This document shows positions 34,966 to 45,433 of a stretch of 60,840 bases of DNA, piece after piece; within the stretch, counting starts at the first letter, position 1, and each line of letters opens with the position of its first letter. The notes under the pieces are model-generated. The model was not told where the DNA came from and did no database searches. It saw only the letters and a program-made list of their open reading frames with translations. The stretch lies in the IMG/VR virus record IMGVR_UViG_3300009506_000030, positions 1-60,840 of that record; one strand, written 5' to 3'. The stretch is from a virus. Taxonomy: Duplodnaviria > Caudoviricetes. Both the position numbers and the translations under genes were made by a program.

Positions 34966-36782
34966 TAGATACCACCTCCTCCTTTAGTTACTGACTCTCG
35001 TATAGCTTGGTTGGCATGTGGACTTTGTAAATTAGTAACTGAAGGAGCAGATCCACCAGCGCCTCCCATACCCATTCCTCCACCACCACCTACCATTTGT
35101 TGTGCCATAATAGCTTGTTCAAGCTGCGCTTGTTCTTCCTGCTGCATTCTTTCAAGGATTTTAGTTCCACCAGGAATATCAATCATTTCCATTACAGCCT
35201 TTCTATCTATGATAGGTTTAGGCTGTGCCTGGTAAAGCTGCAGTGCAAGCATAGCTTCCTGCATTTTGTTCATTTGCATAGTAGATCCAGGTCTGATCTT
35301 AAACATGAAGTTCTTCCATGCATCTTTCTTGTTCTTAAAGTATTTTGAATTGCTTTTAAGTTTCTCGCTGACAAATTTAAAAGCAGCCCAGTCTTCATCA
35401 TTTTTAAAACTCCACATATTTCTTTCATCAGATTCGAATTGAAAAATACGTGAAATCATTTTCTGTCCTATCCGTTCAAGCAAATTCTCTACAGCACGTG
35501 ATTTAAGTCTTACCACAGACATGGCAGCAGCCTGTAAGGCTTCTATGGCAACACCAGATTTTACATCACCAGGAGTCTGCCCTCTAACTACCTCAGTATT
35601 CCCTGAAAGCTTTGAGATAGCATCTTCTAAGTACTGTACAATATTAAACATGCCAGCAGGTAAAGGAGGAGCACTTTCTCTCCTTAGATCTGAACCTGGT
35701 TTCTTTTTTATTTTAAGACCTGGAACATTATCAAGGTCTTCCCATTCTTGAGGTTCTAGGGCATTTGCATCACCAATCCAAATAGCATTAGTCATGAGAA
35801 GACCATTTTCTACTATTAAGGCAATAATCTTATTAAGGAGTCTTTGAAGTTCAGCAAGATCCTCTATCTCTCCAGATCCCCATGCAGAGTCTGGATTCCT
35901 ATGCCAATCCAATATATCTATAGGGAAAGTAAGATCCCAATACGGATTTGCCTCATCAATAACTATTTCATCACCAGCAATAATAATATGTCTTCCTCCT
36001 GGATATTTAAGCTGACCTTTAGCCATGGTCCTGTCCTGTATCCAGTATTCCTTTACCAGTGATCGTGCAACAGCAGACTGTTTTCTGAGCTGGTCCAATA
36101 CTCTTCTGGTTGTTCTTCCGCTTCTCTGTTTTAAAGCCCTATCTCTTATAAACGTAAATGGTGCATCTGCTTTTATCTTGTTATTGTTATAAGTAGACCT
36201 GGCAAGAGTTGTAGCCATTATAGTCTCAACTCTTATGTATTCAGCCTTATCCAGATGTTGAGAAGCAGTAACAGCAGGGTCAAAATTGAGATTCCTCGGA
36301 TCAACCACATGAAATGTATTATCCCCTTTCCCCAAACGAAGTGTTTTATCGAAAAGAGTATTTGTCCCAGCTGTTCCAAACATTTCAGCATAAAAAATAA
36401 CATCTGTTAAATTCATATCTAAAGACTGCTCTGACCACTTAGCAGCTATAATTTCCTCTAAAGCATCAGAGACATCCTGCAATGGATCATAAAATGGAAG
36501 AATATCCATAAAAGGCTTTGCATCTGTCATTTGTGATGTCTTGCGTTCTATGGATTGCTTTAGAAAATTAAGAACTGGTGACACCCTGTAAGAAGGTCTA
36601 TGTTCAGGCCAATGAGTTTTACCTGCATAAAAATCTGGTATCTCGTCCCATTTCTTTGAAATGTATGATTCTTTATATTCATCCATTTCGTAATCAATGG
36701 ATGTAAGAAACTTCTTTATATCTTTTTCTGAGGTTCCAACCTTTAAATCAGCATCAGAAGGAACGTGTTCATTAGTAGGCAT
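34965..36782 (-). CDS. portal protein
   Basis: 605 aa between terminase and scaffold; FYAG..W, WG.GEI.DL..LQ..LN, SG.AI..LQ, Q-rich tail. Confidence 0.85.
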   Translation of the reverse strand: MPTNEHVPSDADLKVGTSEKDIKKFLTSIDYEMDEYKESYISKKWDEIPDFYAGKTHWPEHRPSYRVSPVLNFLKQSIERKTSQMTDAKPFMDILPFYDPLQDVSDALEEIIAAKWSEQSLDMNLTDVIFYAEMFGTAGTNTLFDKTLRLGKGDNTFHVVDPRNLNFDPAVTASQHLDKAEYIRVETIMATTLARSTYNNNKIKADAPFTFIRDRALKQRSGRTTRRVLDQLRKQSAVARSLVKEYWIQDRTMAKGQLKYPGGRHIIIAGDEIVIDEANPYWDLTFPIDILDWHRNPDSAWGSGEIEDLAELQRLLNKIIALIVENGLLMTNAIWIGDANALEPQEWEDLDNVPGLKIKKKPGSDLRRESAPPLPAGMFNIVQYLEDAISKLSGNTEVVRGQTPGDVKSGVAIEALQAAAMSVVRLKSRAVENLLERIGQKMISRIFQFESDERNMWSFKNDEDWAAFKFVSEKLKSNSKYFKNKKDAWKNFMFKIRPGSTMQMNKMQEAMLALQLYQAQPKPIIDRKAVMEMIDIPGGTKILERMQQEEQAQLEQAIMAQQMVGGGGGMGMGGAGGSAPSVTNLQSPHANQAIRESVTKGGGGI

Positions 36783-37464
36783 TTGCGCTTACAACTCCAT
36801 CACGTTTATTTTCTTTCATCCATTTCTTTTCTTCCATGGCTTCTTCGCTTGGACCAAACTTATCTGCAGGGAAAACAATTCCTGTTTTATGAGCATCTTC
36901 ATACCGTTTAGCACAGAGATTGGAACAAAATCTCTGTCTCAAATTAGTAGTTCTGGTTAACTCAATTTCCTTTTTACAATACTCACAGTATAATTGCTCA
37001 TTATACCCTATTACTCCTTGCTCCCATTCTGGTTCAATATCATATTCCATGTAATCAACCATCTTGGAAAGCCTGTTCAAAACACCTAGAACATAAACTC
37101 CAATATCCTTTACCCTCTGCTCCTCTGCTGCTTCCATCCAGTCCTTCTTAAATCCTGGTTCTAAACAGGAGAGTAAGAAAAGTGCGCTCTCATTTAGGCT
37201 CTTCCGCATTTCTTTGTTTTTTTTGATTTTTTCTTTTCTTTCTGCATCGCTCTTCCTCTCCTCTTCAGTTTTTACTGGTACAGGGCCACCAGACGGCTCT
37301 GTATTTAGTTTTTCTTCTTTTAGTGCATTAGATGGCCTACCACGCTTTTTAATCGGTTCTGGAGCAATCTCGTCATCTTGAGGCACTGTCTGCACCCTTT
37401 TCTTAGCATGTACTCTTTTTAGTGCGTTTAAGGTATTTTTTGAGGTTAACGGTGCTTCATCCAT
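36772..37464 (-). CDS. hypothetical protein with CxxC...FCSxxC zinc finger
   Basis: CEYC...RFCSNLC; AAACAGGAG RBS. Confidence 0.7.
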   Translation of the reverse strand: MDEAPLTSKNTLNALKRVHAKKRVQTVPQDDEIAPEPIKKRGRPSNALKEEKLNTEPSGGPVPVKTEEERKSDAERKEKIKKNKEMRKSLNESALFLLSCLEPGFKKDWMEAAEEQRVKDIGVYVLGVLNRLSKMVDYMEYDIEPEWEQGVIGYNEQLYCEYCKKEIELTRTTNLRQRFCSNLCAKRYEDAHKTGIVFPADKFGPSEEAMEEKKWMKENKRDGVVSANAY

Positions 37465-37561
37465 AAAAATCTCCTGTTTAATTAGGTATATAACGGTTTA
37501 GTTGGGAATATTACTGGCAAAAAAAATATATCAAAGTATAGTTGAGTATACTTGGGTATAT

Positions 37562-38872
37562 TTAGGATAAGCTTTCCAGTGCTTTTTTATTCTGAATAAA
37601 TGGGTAATAGGCAAAATTGGACTCTGAAATAACCCCATCTATCATTAAATCCTTAATAAAAATATAATCTTCAAATCGGGGATAATTCTCCTTAGCTTCC
37701 TCAAAACATCTTTTAGCTCTAAGGAAATCCCCCATCTGCCTATAAGCACATCCCTTGTAGAACAAGGATGTACCTCTGCAAAATACGATATCTTCTGATT
37801 GTTCCTCTTTATATTGCTCCATTAAGACTATAACTTCTCTGTTCATGCCAGATTGAAGTAAGGTTGGAGCAAGACCAAGAAAAGCTTGGTTACTTGTTAA
37901 TGGGAATTTTTCAAAGATACCATCAATAATAGTATTAACGTTCTTGGTTTCAAAAAGTTCTTTTATGGTTTTATTTATTTTTTCAGCTGAATGATCGTAA
38001 GAATTAAGTATATTTAATATGCCATCATAATTTACATCGATTGCTTTATAAGAAGGGTTTTCCGATTTTTGCAATATAATTTGCATAGATCTATGATGCC
38101 CACTATATGAGCAATCAATAATGGCCAATCCAGCCTTGGAAGCAAGTCTTTGAAAGCTTTCAAAAGAAAATGTGCAATTATGAGCAGAAGACAAAAAAGC
38201 ATCAACTATTGTAGTTGGATATGGATATATATAAGATGGTGTCTCAATAATAATTAACCCATTATTATCAATAAACTGCTTAATGTGCCCTAAAAACTTA
38301 AGCGGAGAGTAAAAATGCTCAATAGTATTACATGAAATAATAATATCATACTTTTTATCTTCTTTAAAAGCAAAGACATTATTAAACATAATATCTATGC
38401 CAAATAGCTTCTGAGCTATATCATTACTCCTTTTGTCCATATCAATACCTTTTACAGTAGCTCCCATGGACTCAAGCCCTTTTAACAATACTCCTGTCCC
38501 AGAACCGACTTCTAATACGTTTTTTTGCTTTATGTTTATGTTGTGTTTCTTAATAAAATCAAGCATGTAGACTGATTTTATTACAGAATCAATAATACTT
38601 GCTTTTGAAATACCGTCAACCAATCCTTCTTTAAAGAGTGACAAATAATGCCCATCATAAAAAATATTCTGTGATTCTTCTGTAAGCATAGGATTTTTAA
38701 ATATTAACCCACAATCCATGCATAAAACATCTTTCATGTGAAAAAGAGTGCTTCCCTGCTTAATTAACCTTGCCTTTGACCATGGTTTTTTCTCCCATAT
38801 CAACTTCAGATTCTTGGAACCGCATACAATACAATCTCTTTCTTCTTCTTTATACGTTACAAATTCATCCAA
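37562..38872 (-). CDS. class I SAM-dependent methyltransferase with N-terminal Zn ribbon and C-terminal TPR-like helices
   Basis: CIVC..CMDC, VLEVGSGTG, IEHF.SP, IETP. Confidence 0.85.
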   Translation of the reverse strand: MDEFVTYKEEERDCIVCGSKNLKLIWEKKPWSKARLIKQGSTLFHMKDVLCMDCGLIFKNPMLTEESQNIFYDGHYLSLFKEGLVDGISKASIIDSVIKSVYMLDFIKKHNINIKQKNVLEVGSGTGVLLKGLESMGATVKGIDMDKRSNDIAQKLFGIDIMFNNVFAFKEDKKYDIIISCNTIEHFYSPLKFLGHIKQFIDNNGLIIIETPSYIYPYPTTIVDAFLSSAHNCTFSFESFQRLASKAGLAIIDCSYSGHHRSMQIILQKSENPSYKAIDVNYDGILNILNSYDHSAEKINKTIKELFETKNVNTIIDGIFEKFPLTSNQAFLGLAPTLLQSGMNREVIVLMEQYKEEQSEDIVFCRGTSLFYKGCAYRQMGDFLRAKRCFEEAKENYPRFEDYIFIKDLMIDGVISESNFAYYPFIQNKKALESLS

Positions 38873-40623
38873 TGCTTGTCACTCCTTTTTGTCATAGGGT
38901 CAAAATCATCATAATGAAGCCTATCACGAACATCTGGCTTCACTGTTTCTGAAACAGGATCAATAATACCCTTGCTGTAAATTTGCTGTTCTCCATATTC
39001 CTGCTCCATACCACTCAGCATTATTAAAAAAGCCATCACAAGGTCATCTTTTCCTCTCCCATAAGCGCTTGCACCAGGCCCATAAGCATCCCGAACATAT
39101 ATCATCATTTCATCAACAAGTGATTCACTTTTAATGACAATCATTTTATTATTAATACAATATCTTCCCAAAGTAAGCATTGATGGCTTTGATGTAGGAT
39201 CTGTTTTCCACCCGTATTTGTCCTTGGAAACCCTGCTTAGAGCATCCATGACTTTTCTCTTGATAACATCCCAGTAATCCCTATCCAATATAGCATCTAT
39301 AACAGCATGACCGTAACCGAATGCTTCTGGAACTAACAGGGCCTTGTTATACATCACTCCAATATCAACAGCCAGCCATCCCAGTATCTTAGCATCTAGT
39401 TTTCCATGCCATTCAGCTGCTTGGCTGGCAATAATACCAGTTCTTCTGTCAAGAACACGAAATACTTCTATACCAGCCATATCTGTAGATCCTGGCTCTC
39501 CAGAAGAAGGATCAATGCCGATAACGTATTTTTCGCCAGGTATAGGATCTTCCCATATTTTAAGTCTTCCTATACTGTCAGAAACCAACTTCCCATTAGA
39601 AAGGTTTCCTATAAATTTAGGCTTTTCACACGCCCTCTTGTATTCTTTTAAAACAGCCCTGTCAAATACATTATTACCGCTGACAATAAATGCTTCATCA
39701 TCGGTAGTTGGATACTGCTCATGAAAAGCTTCAATGCTACTCTTATCACCTTCTGCAAGATTGTATCCTAAAAGACCAATCTGATTTCTTCTCCAATGAA
39801 GCTGCTCCAGTGTAGCCTGATGTTCATCTTGCAATTCTTTTTCTTCATCATCTAATGTATCAATTATTTTTTCCTTGTCTTTTATATCAGCAAAAGGCAT
39901 AGTATAATTTTCATGGTCAAGCCACGAATAAAAAAGAGGCTTGAATGCACTCTTCCCAGCCTTTGCTTTCTTCCATTCATTATAAAAATGCTCACCTTGT
40001 CCTACAATCCCGTTAGCTGTAGACTCTATAATAACAAATGTTCCAGGCTCCTGAAATGCAGTAGGGATAACAGCCTTTCTCACTGATTCTGCATCACGAT
40101 AGTTGGCATATTCAGAAAAATGGATGAAGTGATTACCAGATCCCAGTCCTGCTTTATTGGTGCAGGAGACTGTTCGCATGGATGATTTAAGACCATGGCC
40201 ACCGTATTTTTGCTGCTTACTTTTGGGTATATCGAACACGAGCTTAGAACTACTTTTATATTTGGTTTCTGGTTGCAGCTCTGGAGGGAGATACTCGTAG
40301 AAGACATGCGACATGTTGTGAATATAAGAACATCCTTCGTCATCTGCTGCGATAGTAATACCTTGCCTATGAGACTTGGTATGACACTCGTGGAACATTC
40401 TTGACTGGACATATGTTGATACACCATGCCTTCTGGCTTTAAGAACGATAAGTCTGATGGGCAAGTTATTTTGCTTGTGCCATTCCCATACTTTGTTGAT
40501 TTCTCTTTGTACGAATCTTTGGGAATAATCAAATTTTATTAATCCTTCACCTGCTTGAATCCATAATAAGTTTCTTGCATAGAAATCATAATCCTGCATT
40601 TGTGCAACTGTAACTTTATTCAT
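38857..40623 (-). CDS. terL: terminase large subunit
   Basis: LKARRHGVST Walker A, HFSE, IESTANG, QYP, IGIDP, DDLVMA. Confidence 0.92.
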   Translation of the reverse strand: MNKVTVAQMQDYDFYARNLLWIQAGEGLIKFDYSQRFVQREINKVWEWHKQNNLPIRLIVLKARRHGVSTYVQSRMFHECHTKSHRQGITIAADDEGCSYIHNMSHVFYEYLPPELQPETKYKSSSKLVFDIPKSKQQKYGGHGLKSSMRTVSCTNKAGLGSGNHFIHFSEYANYRDAESVRKAVIPTAFQEPGTFVIIESTANGIVGQGEHFYNEWKKAKAGKSAFKPLFYSWLDHENYTMPFADIKDKEKIIDTLDDEEKELQDEHQATLEQLHWRRNQIGLLGYNLAEGDKSSIEAFHEQYPTTDDEAFIVSGNNVFDRAVLKEYKRACEKPKFIGNLSNGKLVSDSIGRLKIWEDPIPGEKYVIGIDPSSGEPGSTDMAGIEVFRVLDRRTGIIASQAAEWHGKLDAKILGWLAVDIGVMYNKALLVPEAFGYGHAVIDAILDRDYWDVIKRKVMDALSRVSKDKYGWKTDPTSKPSMLTLGRYCINNKMIVIKSESLVDEMMIYVRDAYGPGASAYGRGKDDLVMAFLIMLSGMEQEYGEQQIYSKGIIDPVSETVKPDVRDRLHYDDFDPMTKRSDKHWMNL

Positions 40624-41317
40624 CTAACTCAATTTCACCTTCCTCCTGCAGCATCTTTTCATAAGTGCTAACTTGCTGCTCTTTGGCTGAACCTGATTTG
40701 GGAGCTAAAAAAACTCTGGCCTCTTCTGCCATTCTTACTTTAACATCATTGCTTGTCCTAGTATCGGCAATAATTTTATTCAATGCATTTATTACAACAA
40801 CACATTGTTTCTTTGATAGAAGGTCAAATGACTTAAGCAGATAACTGACCGCTGCCCTCTTCTCTTTCATGTCTATTTTTCTTTTAGTAACTAACTTCAT
40901 CATCTGATCTATTCTAAATTCTTCAGTATCCTTCATTAAATCAGAGACAAGATCAAAGTTACTTCCATAGTTATCCAGGTTATCTTTTGGCCTTATCCTT
41001 GGAGCAGCTACACGTTTATGCCTATCTATTTCATAATGATCAGTTTCCTTTGCATAACGATAATTATCATGAAGTCTTGCTAACCGTTTTCTAATGCAGT
41101 CATCGCAAAACCATATGTATTGCTTTATCCTACCCTGTGTAATATTATCATGAGTAAGATCAATGCCACAACCATTACACTTTTTATCTTCAGGAATTGG
41201 CAGCAGCTTCGGACCCTTGCGTTCCTCTATAATTTTTTTCAGTTCCTTCGTATACGTGTTTATAGAGTTTAAGGAGTCCAAAGAAGAATTCGAAGATTTC
41301 GATAAATCTTGCAACAA
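40616..41317 (-). CDS. candidate terminase small subunit (start uncertain)
   Basis: Directly upstream of and overlapping terL; two CxxC plus helical C-terminus. Confidence 0.4.
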   Translation of the reverse strand: MLQDLSKSSNSSLDSLNSINTYTKELKKIIEERKGPKLLPIPEDKKCNGCGIDLTHDNITQGRIKQYIWFCDDCIRKRLARLHDNYRYAKETDHYEIDRHKRVAAPRIRPKDNLDNYGSNFDLVSDLMKDTEEFRIDQMMKLVTKRKIDMKEKRAAVSYLLKSFDLLSKKQCVVVINALNKIIADTRTSNDVKVRMAEEARVFLAPKSGSAKEQQVSTYEKMLQEEGEIELDE

Positions 41318-43121
41318 TTAACTCATCTCCTTTGTAAAGTGAGGGAAGGGTTTTTAAGGTATTCTCTTTTCCCATGCACCAAGATTGTATAACATGCATA
41401 ATAGTATAATAGCACATATCATGAGTAAGAATGCTGTCCTTCACCTTGCTAACATAATCAAAAATATCACTTATACTTTTATCTACAGTGCTATTATCAA
41501 ATAGGAGAAAACCCTTTTCCATATTTGCTAAAACTTCTTCTATTTCTTTTATGCTCCATGATAGATAATCAAGGCCTCTCTCTATTTCCTGATTAATGGT
41601 TTGAACATCATTTGCCTTTTCCTCATCGCTTGGAACAGCCAAACATTCTCTCAAGACATTGTTGGTTCCAATGTCATTTTGTATATACTTGTCAATCGCC
41701 TCTTGCAATGGCATAAAAACAGTACCGTTTATTCTAGCTCCACCTTCTGTTGCATTAATAACTGTGTACTCTCTCTTCTTTGTAGCTATATCAAATTCAA
41801 ATCTTTTAAGCATGCCAACCCATGTTTCTAAAGAATCAAGCATTTGTCCATCATTGCCGATTACTTTCGATTTCTGCTTTATGAGCTGTGAAGTTTTAAG
41901 ACCATTACTTGCATGATTAGCGCCAGTAACATGAGAATCACCATTAGGGGCAAAAGCAAGATCCTGACCAACAAGAATTATAGGATCACATCCCATATAT
42001 TCTGCAATCTTGTATGCCATATTTGTAACAGACTTGCCAGTGTTGAGTATTCCCTTGTCCAGTTTTAACCATTTGAAATGAGCAAAATCCCTGAACACAA
42101 CCATATGATCTCCATGCCATTCATTATAGACATGAGGCTTAACTACTGGACAGGCCCCCAGCCACATCCCCTTCATAGAATCCTTATTTTCTATTTGCTT
42201 AAAATGATTGCATGTGGTAAGGTTGCGTTCCAGTGAACAAACAATATCTGGAACGATAGGAGGATCATGGTTAACAAATGTATTTAAAGATGCATCAGCT
42301 GCAAAGAATACACATTTGTTTTTTATTGATGGAAGCAAATGTATATTTTTATTTAATGATGGACCAGTGGCAACAATAACAGCTGGCTTACCAGCAAACT
42401 TATCCTTAACCTTTGAAACACCTGGCTGAGAAGATATCAAATCAAGGTTCTGTAGCATGTGGTCTATCCCGAACCAACTGTCTTCTGGATCATTACCATA
42501 TGAGCTTTTAATATCATAACACACACGCCCTATTTCTTTGCAGAACGGCTTATAATAATCTTTGTTAAAACGTATCTCAACTGGATGTTCAATAAAATGA
42601 AAAGTAGTAAAAGACTGCTTTCCAGTATTGTTTATCTTATCATATATATATGAATAAACATTAGGGATAGGAACACCTGCTACAACATAGACTCCATCAT
42701 GATCAAATATGCTGCAATTACCATTAGGGGTATTTACTATGGGCTGTTGATGCCTTATGTACTGATTGAAGATCTGTAAATTATTTTCTACCATTATTAT
42801 AAAAGGTAAATCTTTTGCATACCTCTCAAAAATATAATTTAAATAATATCCCATTCCTATGCCAAGCATGACTATAACATTAGCACTTGTTATGTCTTCA
42901 GAAACAATATTAGATGCAAATGACTTGGCCTCAGCTATAGGGTCTTCCCTCGAATGAAGCAACCACTCTGTCTCACCAGTTTTAACAGTTAATGTCTTAA
43001 ATGGTGGTATCTTGGTAGGAATAACTTTAGTGCTGTAATCATCGCTCAAATGGCGTAGTTGATTAGCAAGCACTGGATACCTTTTAGCAATAGCAGCCAT
43101 GTTAAATTCATAAACACTCAT
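41190..43121 (-). CDS. maf: Maf-family (motility associated factor, DUF115) glycosyltransferase
   Basis: LHS..DP..EA, IVATGPSLNKN, PDIVCSLER, SV.NMAY..A..MGCDPIILVGQDLA, INATEGGA. Confidence 0.9.
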   Translation of the reverse strand: MSVYEFNMAAIAKRYPVLANQLRHLSDDYSTKVIPTKIPPFKTLTVKTGETEWLLHSREDPIAEAKSFASNIVSEDITSANVIVMLGIGMGYYLNYIFERYAKDLPFIIMVENNLQIFNQYIRHQQPIVNTPNGNCSIFDHDGVYVVAGVPIPNVYSYIYDKINNTGKQSFTTFHFIEHPVEIRFNKDYYKPFCKEIGRVCYDIKSSYGNDPEDSWFGIDHMLQNLDLISSQPGVSKVKDKFAGKPAVIVATGPSLNKNIHLLPSIKNKCVFFAADASLNTFVNHDPPIVPDIVCSLERNLTTCNHFKQIENKDSMKGMWLGACPVVKPHVYNEWHGDHMVVFRDFAHFKWLKLDKGILNTGKSVTNMAYKIAEYMGCDPIILVGQDLAFAPNGDSHVTGANHASNGLKTSQLIKQKSKVIGNDGQMLDSLETWVGMLKRFEFDIATKKREYTVINATEGGARINGTVFMPLQEAIDKYIQNDIGTNNVLRECLAVPSDEEKANDVQTINQEIERGLDYLSWSIKEIEEVLANMEKGFLLFDNSTVDKSISDIFDYVSKVKDSILTHDMCYYTIMHVIQSWCMGKENTLKTLPSLYKGDELIVARFIEIFEFFFGLLKLYKHVYEGTEKNYRGTQGSEAAANS

Positions 43122-44152
43122 TTGTACTCCCCTAACATTATATCAGAACCATAATAAATAACTGCTTCAGCAGCTCTGCCCAAACGTAAATTAACAAACT
43201 GTAAAAAATCTGCTATGTTTGGAAAATTAAAAATCTCTCTGTGAAAATATACCTGAATAGCTTCTTCAGAAACAGAAGGGCATACAAAGCAAATCTGCCT
43301 GTTGTTATACTGTTCGCTAAAAACATCATCAAAAAATGCTGGTCTTAATCCATTTGGTTGCTGAAACCCATAGTGGACTCCTATCCCTTCAGGGCAATCA
43401 CTCCAGATACAAATAATACCACCATCCTTAACCTGTGTATGTTCCATAAAAACACACATTGCATTCATTGACTGGAGAAAATCTTTGTTCTTTATAATCG
43501 GAACTAAGATAGCAACATCAGTCGGATCAGGTAAAATAACAGAATAGTCATTGATCGCAGAACATCGAAAATGCCTAGCATGTAAAGAAGCTTTATAGAT
43601 AGATATACGTACAGGATCACCATAGCAGTTAATGCTATAGTTAACATAAGTCTCGATGCGCTCTCTTGTGCCTTGATAAAAACCTCTTTCCGCTTCTGTG
43701 ACGGAACCATGGAATTCCATGACATCTTGGTAACCACTCAATCCAGGTAAAACAATTTTACAATCACCACTTAACCCAACATATGTATGAGGAAGAACAC
43801 AACCAACCCCTATAATGTTATATTTCTTTTTATTGAGAGGGAAGTTGCAGAGTGGGCTATGTGAATATATCTTAAGCCTTTTGGTCAGATCGGACCCGAT
43901 TTTATCTGACACCTCATGGTGTGTGTTTGCACGATGTAACCCACTCGCCACAACAACTGCAACCTTATCCTCTCCAACTTTATTAACCGCATACTCAACT
44001 ACCATCCTTGCAATACTTGTTCTTGGTCTGGTAAAATCATCAATAACAATTAAAACATCTCTAGTGTCAAATGTAATGTTATGAATTTCATCTAATAGTT
44101 GGTATGTCTCAAGTGGTTTTATATGATTTAAACTTACCGTATCTAGCTGCAC
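43118..44152 (-). CDS. LarA-like (nickel-pincer lactate racemase superfamily) protein
   Basis: DDFTRP, ASGLHR, PHTYVGLSG.CKIVLPG, C.EGIG motifs. Confidence 0.75.
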   Translation of the reverse strand: MQLDTVSLNHIKPLETYQLLDEIHNITFDTRDVLIVIDDFTRPRTSIARMVVEYAVNKVGEDKVAVVVASGLHRANTHHEVSDKIGSDLTKRLKIYSHSPLCNFPLNKKKYNIIGVGCVLPHTYVGLSGDCKIVLPGLSGYQDVMEFHGSVTEAERGFYQGTRERIETYVNYSINCYGDPVRISIYKASLHARHFRCSAINDYSVILPDPTDVAILVPIIKNKDFLQSMNAMCVFMEHTQVKDGGIICIWSDCPEGIGVHYGFQQPNGLRPAFFDDVFSEQYNNRQICFVCPSVSEEAIQVYFHREIFNFPNIADFLQFVNLRLGRAAEAVIYYGSDIMLGEYK

Positions 44153-44802
44153 TTGTATTTTTTGATAAAAGTTTCAACTATTGCAAAGTCTTCTTTTGTG
44201 TTTATATTATATCCTCTGTGCTTAGGTATTATAGTATAGAACCTGTTTAAATCAACATGGTTAATATCGGTAACACATAAGTACTTTCTGCTATAAGAAT
44301 ACATATTGCCACTTCTTATGATTACTCCTTCTGGTTCAGTCCCTTCTTCCCATTGTATAGCTTGTTCCAAATAAGAAGGATTAATATTATCATCAACATA
44401 ATATGTTTTCCCCAAATGAAAGCCAGAAGACTCCATCTGAGTTATAAAACTTATAAGATCATTTTTATGTCTTAATGGATTAGTAGGCTGAAATAGTATT
44501 ACATGATCATATTCTTTATTGAATATCCTTTCAGCATGTAAAAGAGCATGTCTAACAGATATTACATGGGGAGTTTTGTCCTGGCATAATGCTTCTGGTC
44601 TCTTTAACTTGTGGAGACAATCTGGCACGTCAAATGATACTGGTGAATCAGAAGAAAAAATAATATCTTCAAAGAATCTTTTGTTTGCAACTAAAAAATC
44701 AGTGGTCCATTGATATAATGGTTTACCTCCAATAACTTTTTTGTTTTTTCCCCTCACCCGTACACTGGTCGATTTAGCGGTAACCAACCCAAGGATCTTC
44801 AT
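44143..44802 (-). CDS. neuA: CMP-nonulosonic acid synthetase (cytidylyltransferase)
   Basis: AKSTSVRVRGKN...GKPL..WT, LKRP..L..D, QPTNPLR, NINT.EDF. Confidence 0.88.
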   Translation of the reverse strand: MKILGLVTAKSTSVRVRGKNKKVIGGKPLYQWTTDFLVANKRFFEDIIFSSDSPVSFDVPDCLHKLKRPEALCQDKTPHVISVRHALLHAERIFNKEYDHVILFQPTNPLRHKNDLISFITQMESSGFHLGKTYYVDDNINPSYLEQAIQWEEGTEPEGVIIRSGNMYSYSRKYLCVTDINHVDLNRFYTIIPKHRGYNINTKEDFAIVETFIKKYKCS

Positions 44803-45433
44803 ACCAAAAACCTTTCCCCAACCATTTATTAGTTTCCCATACCCTTTTATTATAAAAATGTTCTATCAAGCCCTTTAATGCAGGATAAACCCATATAACA
44901 TCTAAACTTCTCAGAGAAAAACATTTATCCCTATAAACATCTTTATCCTCAAAAATGTTAGTAAGTTTTTTCGGTACTACATAATGAATATTCAAGCCAG
45001 TCTTTTTTACCTTAGACCTCATGTGTTTAATTAATTTTATCTGATAAACAGATTCATAATGCTCAAGTAAACCATAAGTAAAAACTATATCAAAAAAATG
45101 ATCTGGATATGGGATATCAAATGCATTAGCCCTGCAAAACTTATGATTCCTTCCGTTATCTGGAGGTATATAATATTTATCTATAGTATGTGTATCCATA
45201 CCACATCCATATAAGTAATCACTCATTATAGACCTGCCACATCCCACTTCAAGAGATTTAAGATCTTTTAAATTGCCTTCTGGAAAGTGCATAGTAGCTC
45301 TTGTTTTTAAAAACATGGCATTTAAATAAAATGCATGTTCATCAATCTGCTTCCCCTGTCTTTTAGACCAGAATTTTACCCAATTGTTTAGCAATTTTCT
45401 CTCCAGCATGACCATCACCATACATAGTATCAC
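44774..45433 (-). CDS. class I SAM-dependent methyltransferase (start probably TTG ~45394)
   Basis: LEVGCG, AF.IPYPD..FDIVF..GLLEH. Confidence 0.85.
   Translation of the reverse strand: MILCMVMVMLERKLLNNWVKFWSKRQGKQIDEHAFYLNAMFLKTRATMHFPEGNLKDLKSLEVGCGRSIMSDYLYGCGMDTHTIDKYYIPPDNGRNHKFCRANAFDIPYPDHFFDIVFTYGLLEHYESVYQIKLIKHMRSKVKKTGLNIHYVVPKKLTNIFEDKDVYRDKCFSLRSLDVIWVYPALKGLIEHFYNKRVWETNKWLGKGFWYEDPWVGYR

Noticed and set aside
41190-43121. Annotation as MptE-like 6-hydroxymethylpterin diphosphokinase
   Set aside because: The fold is shared, but the 643 aa length, Maf-type N-terminal and helical C-terminal regions and the neu gene context favour a Maf glycosyltransferase.
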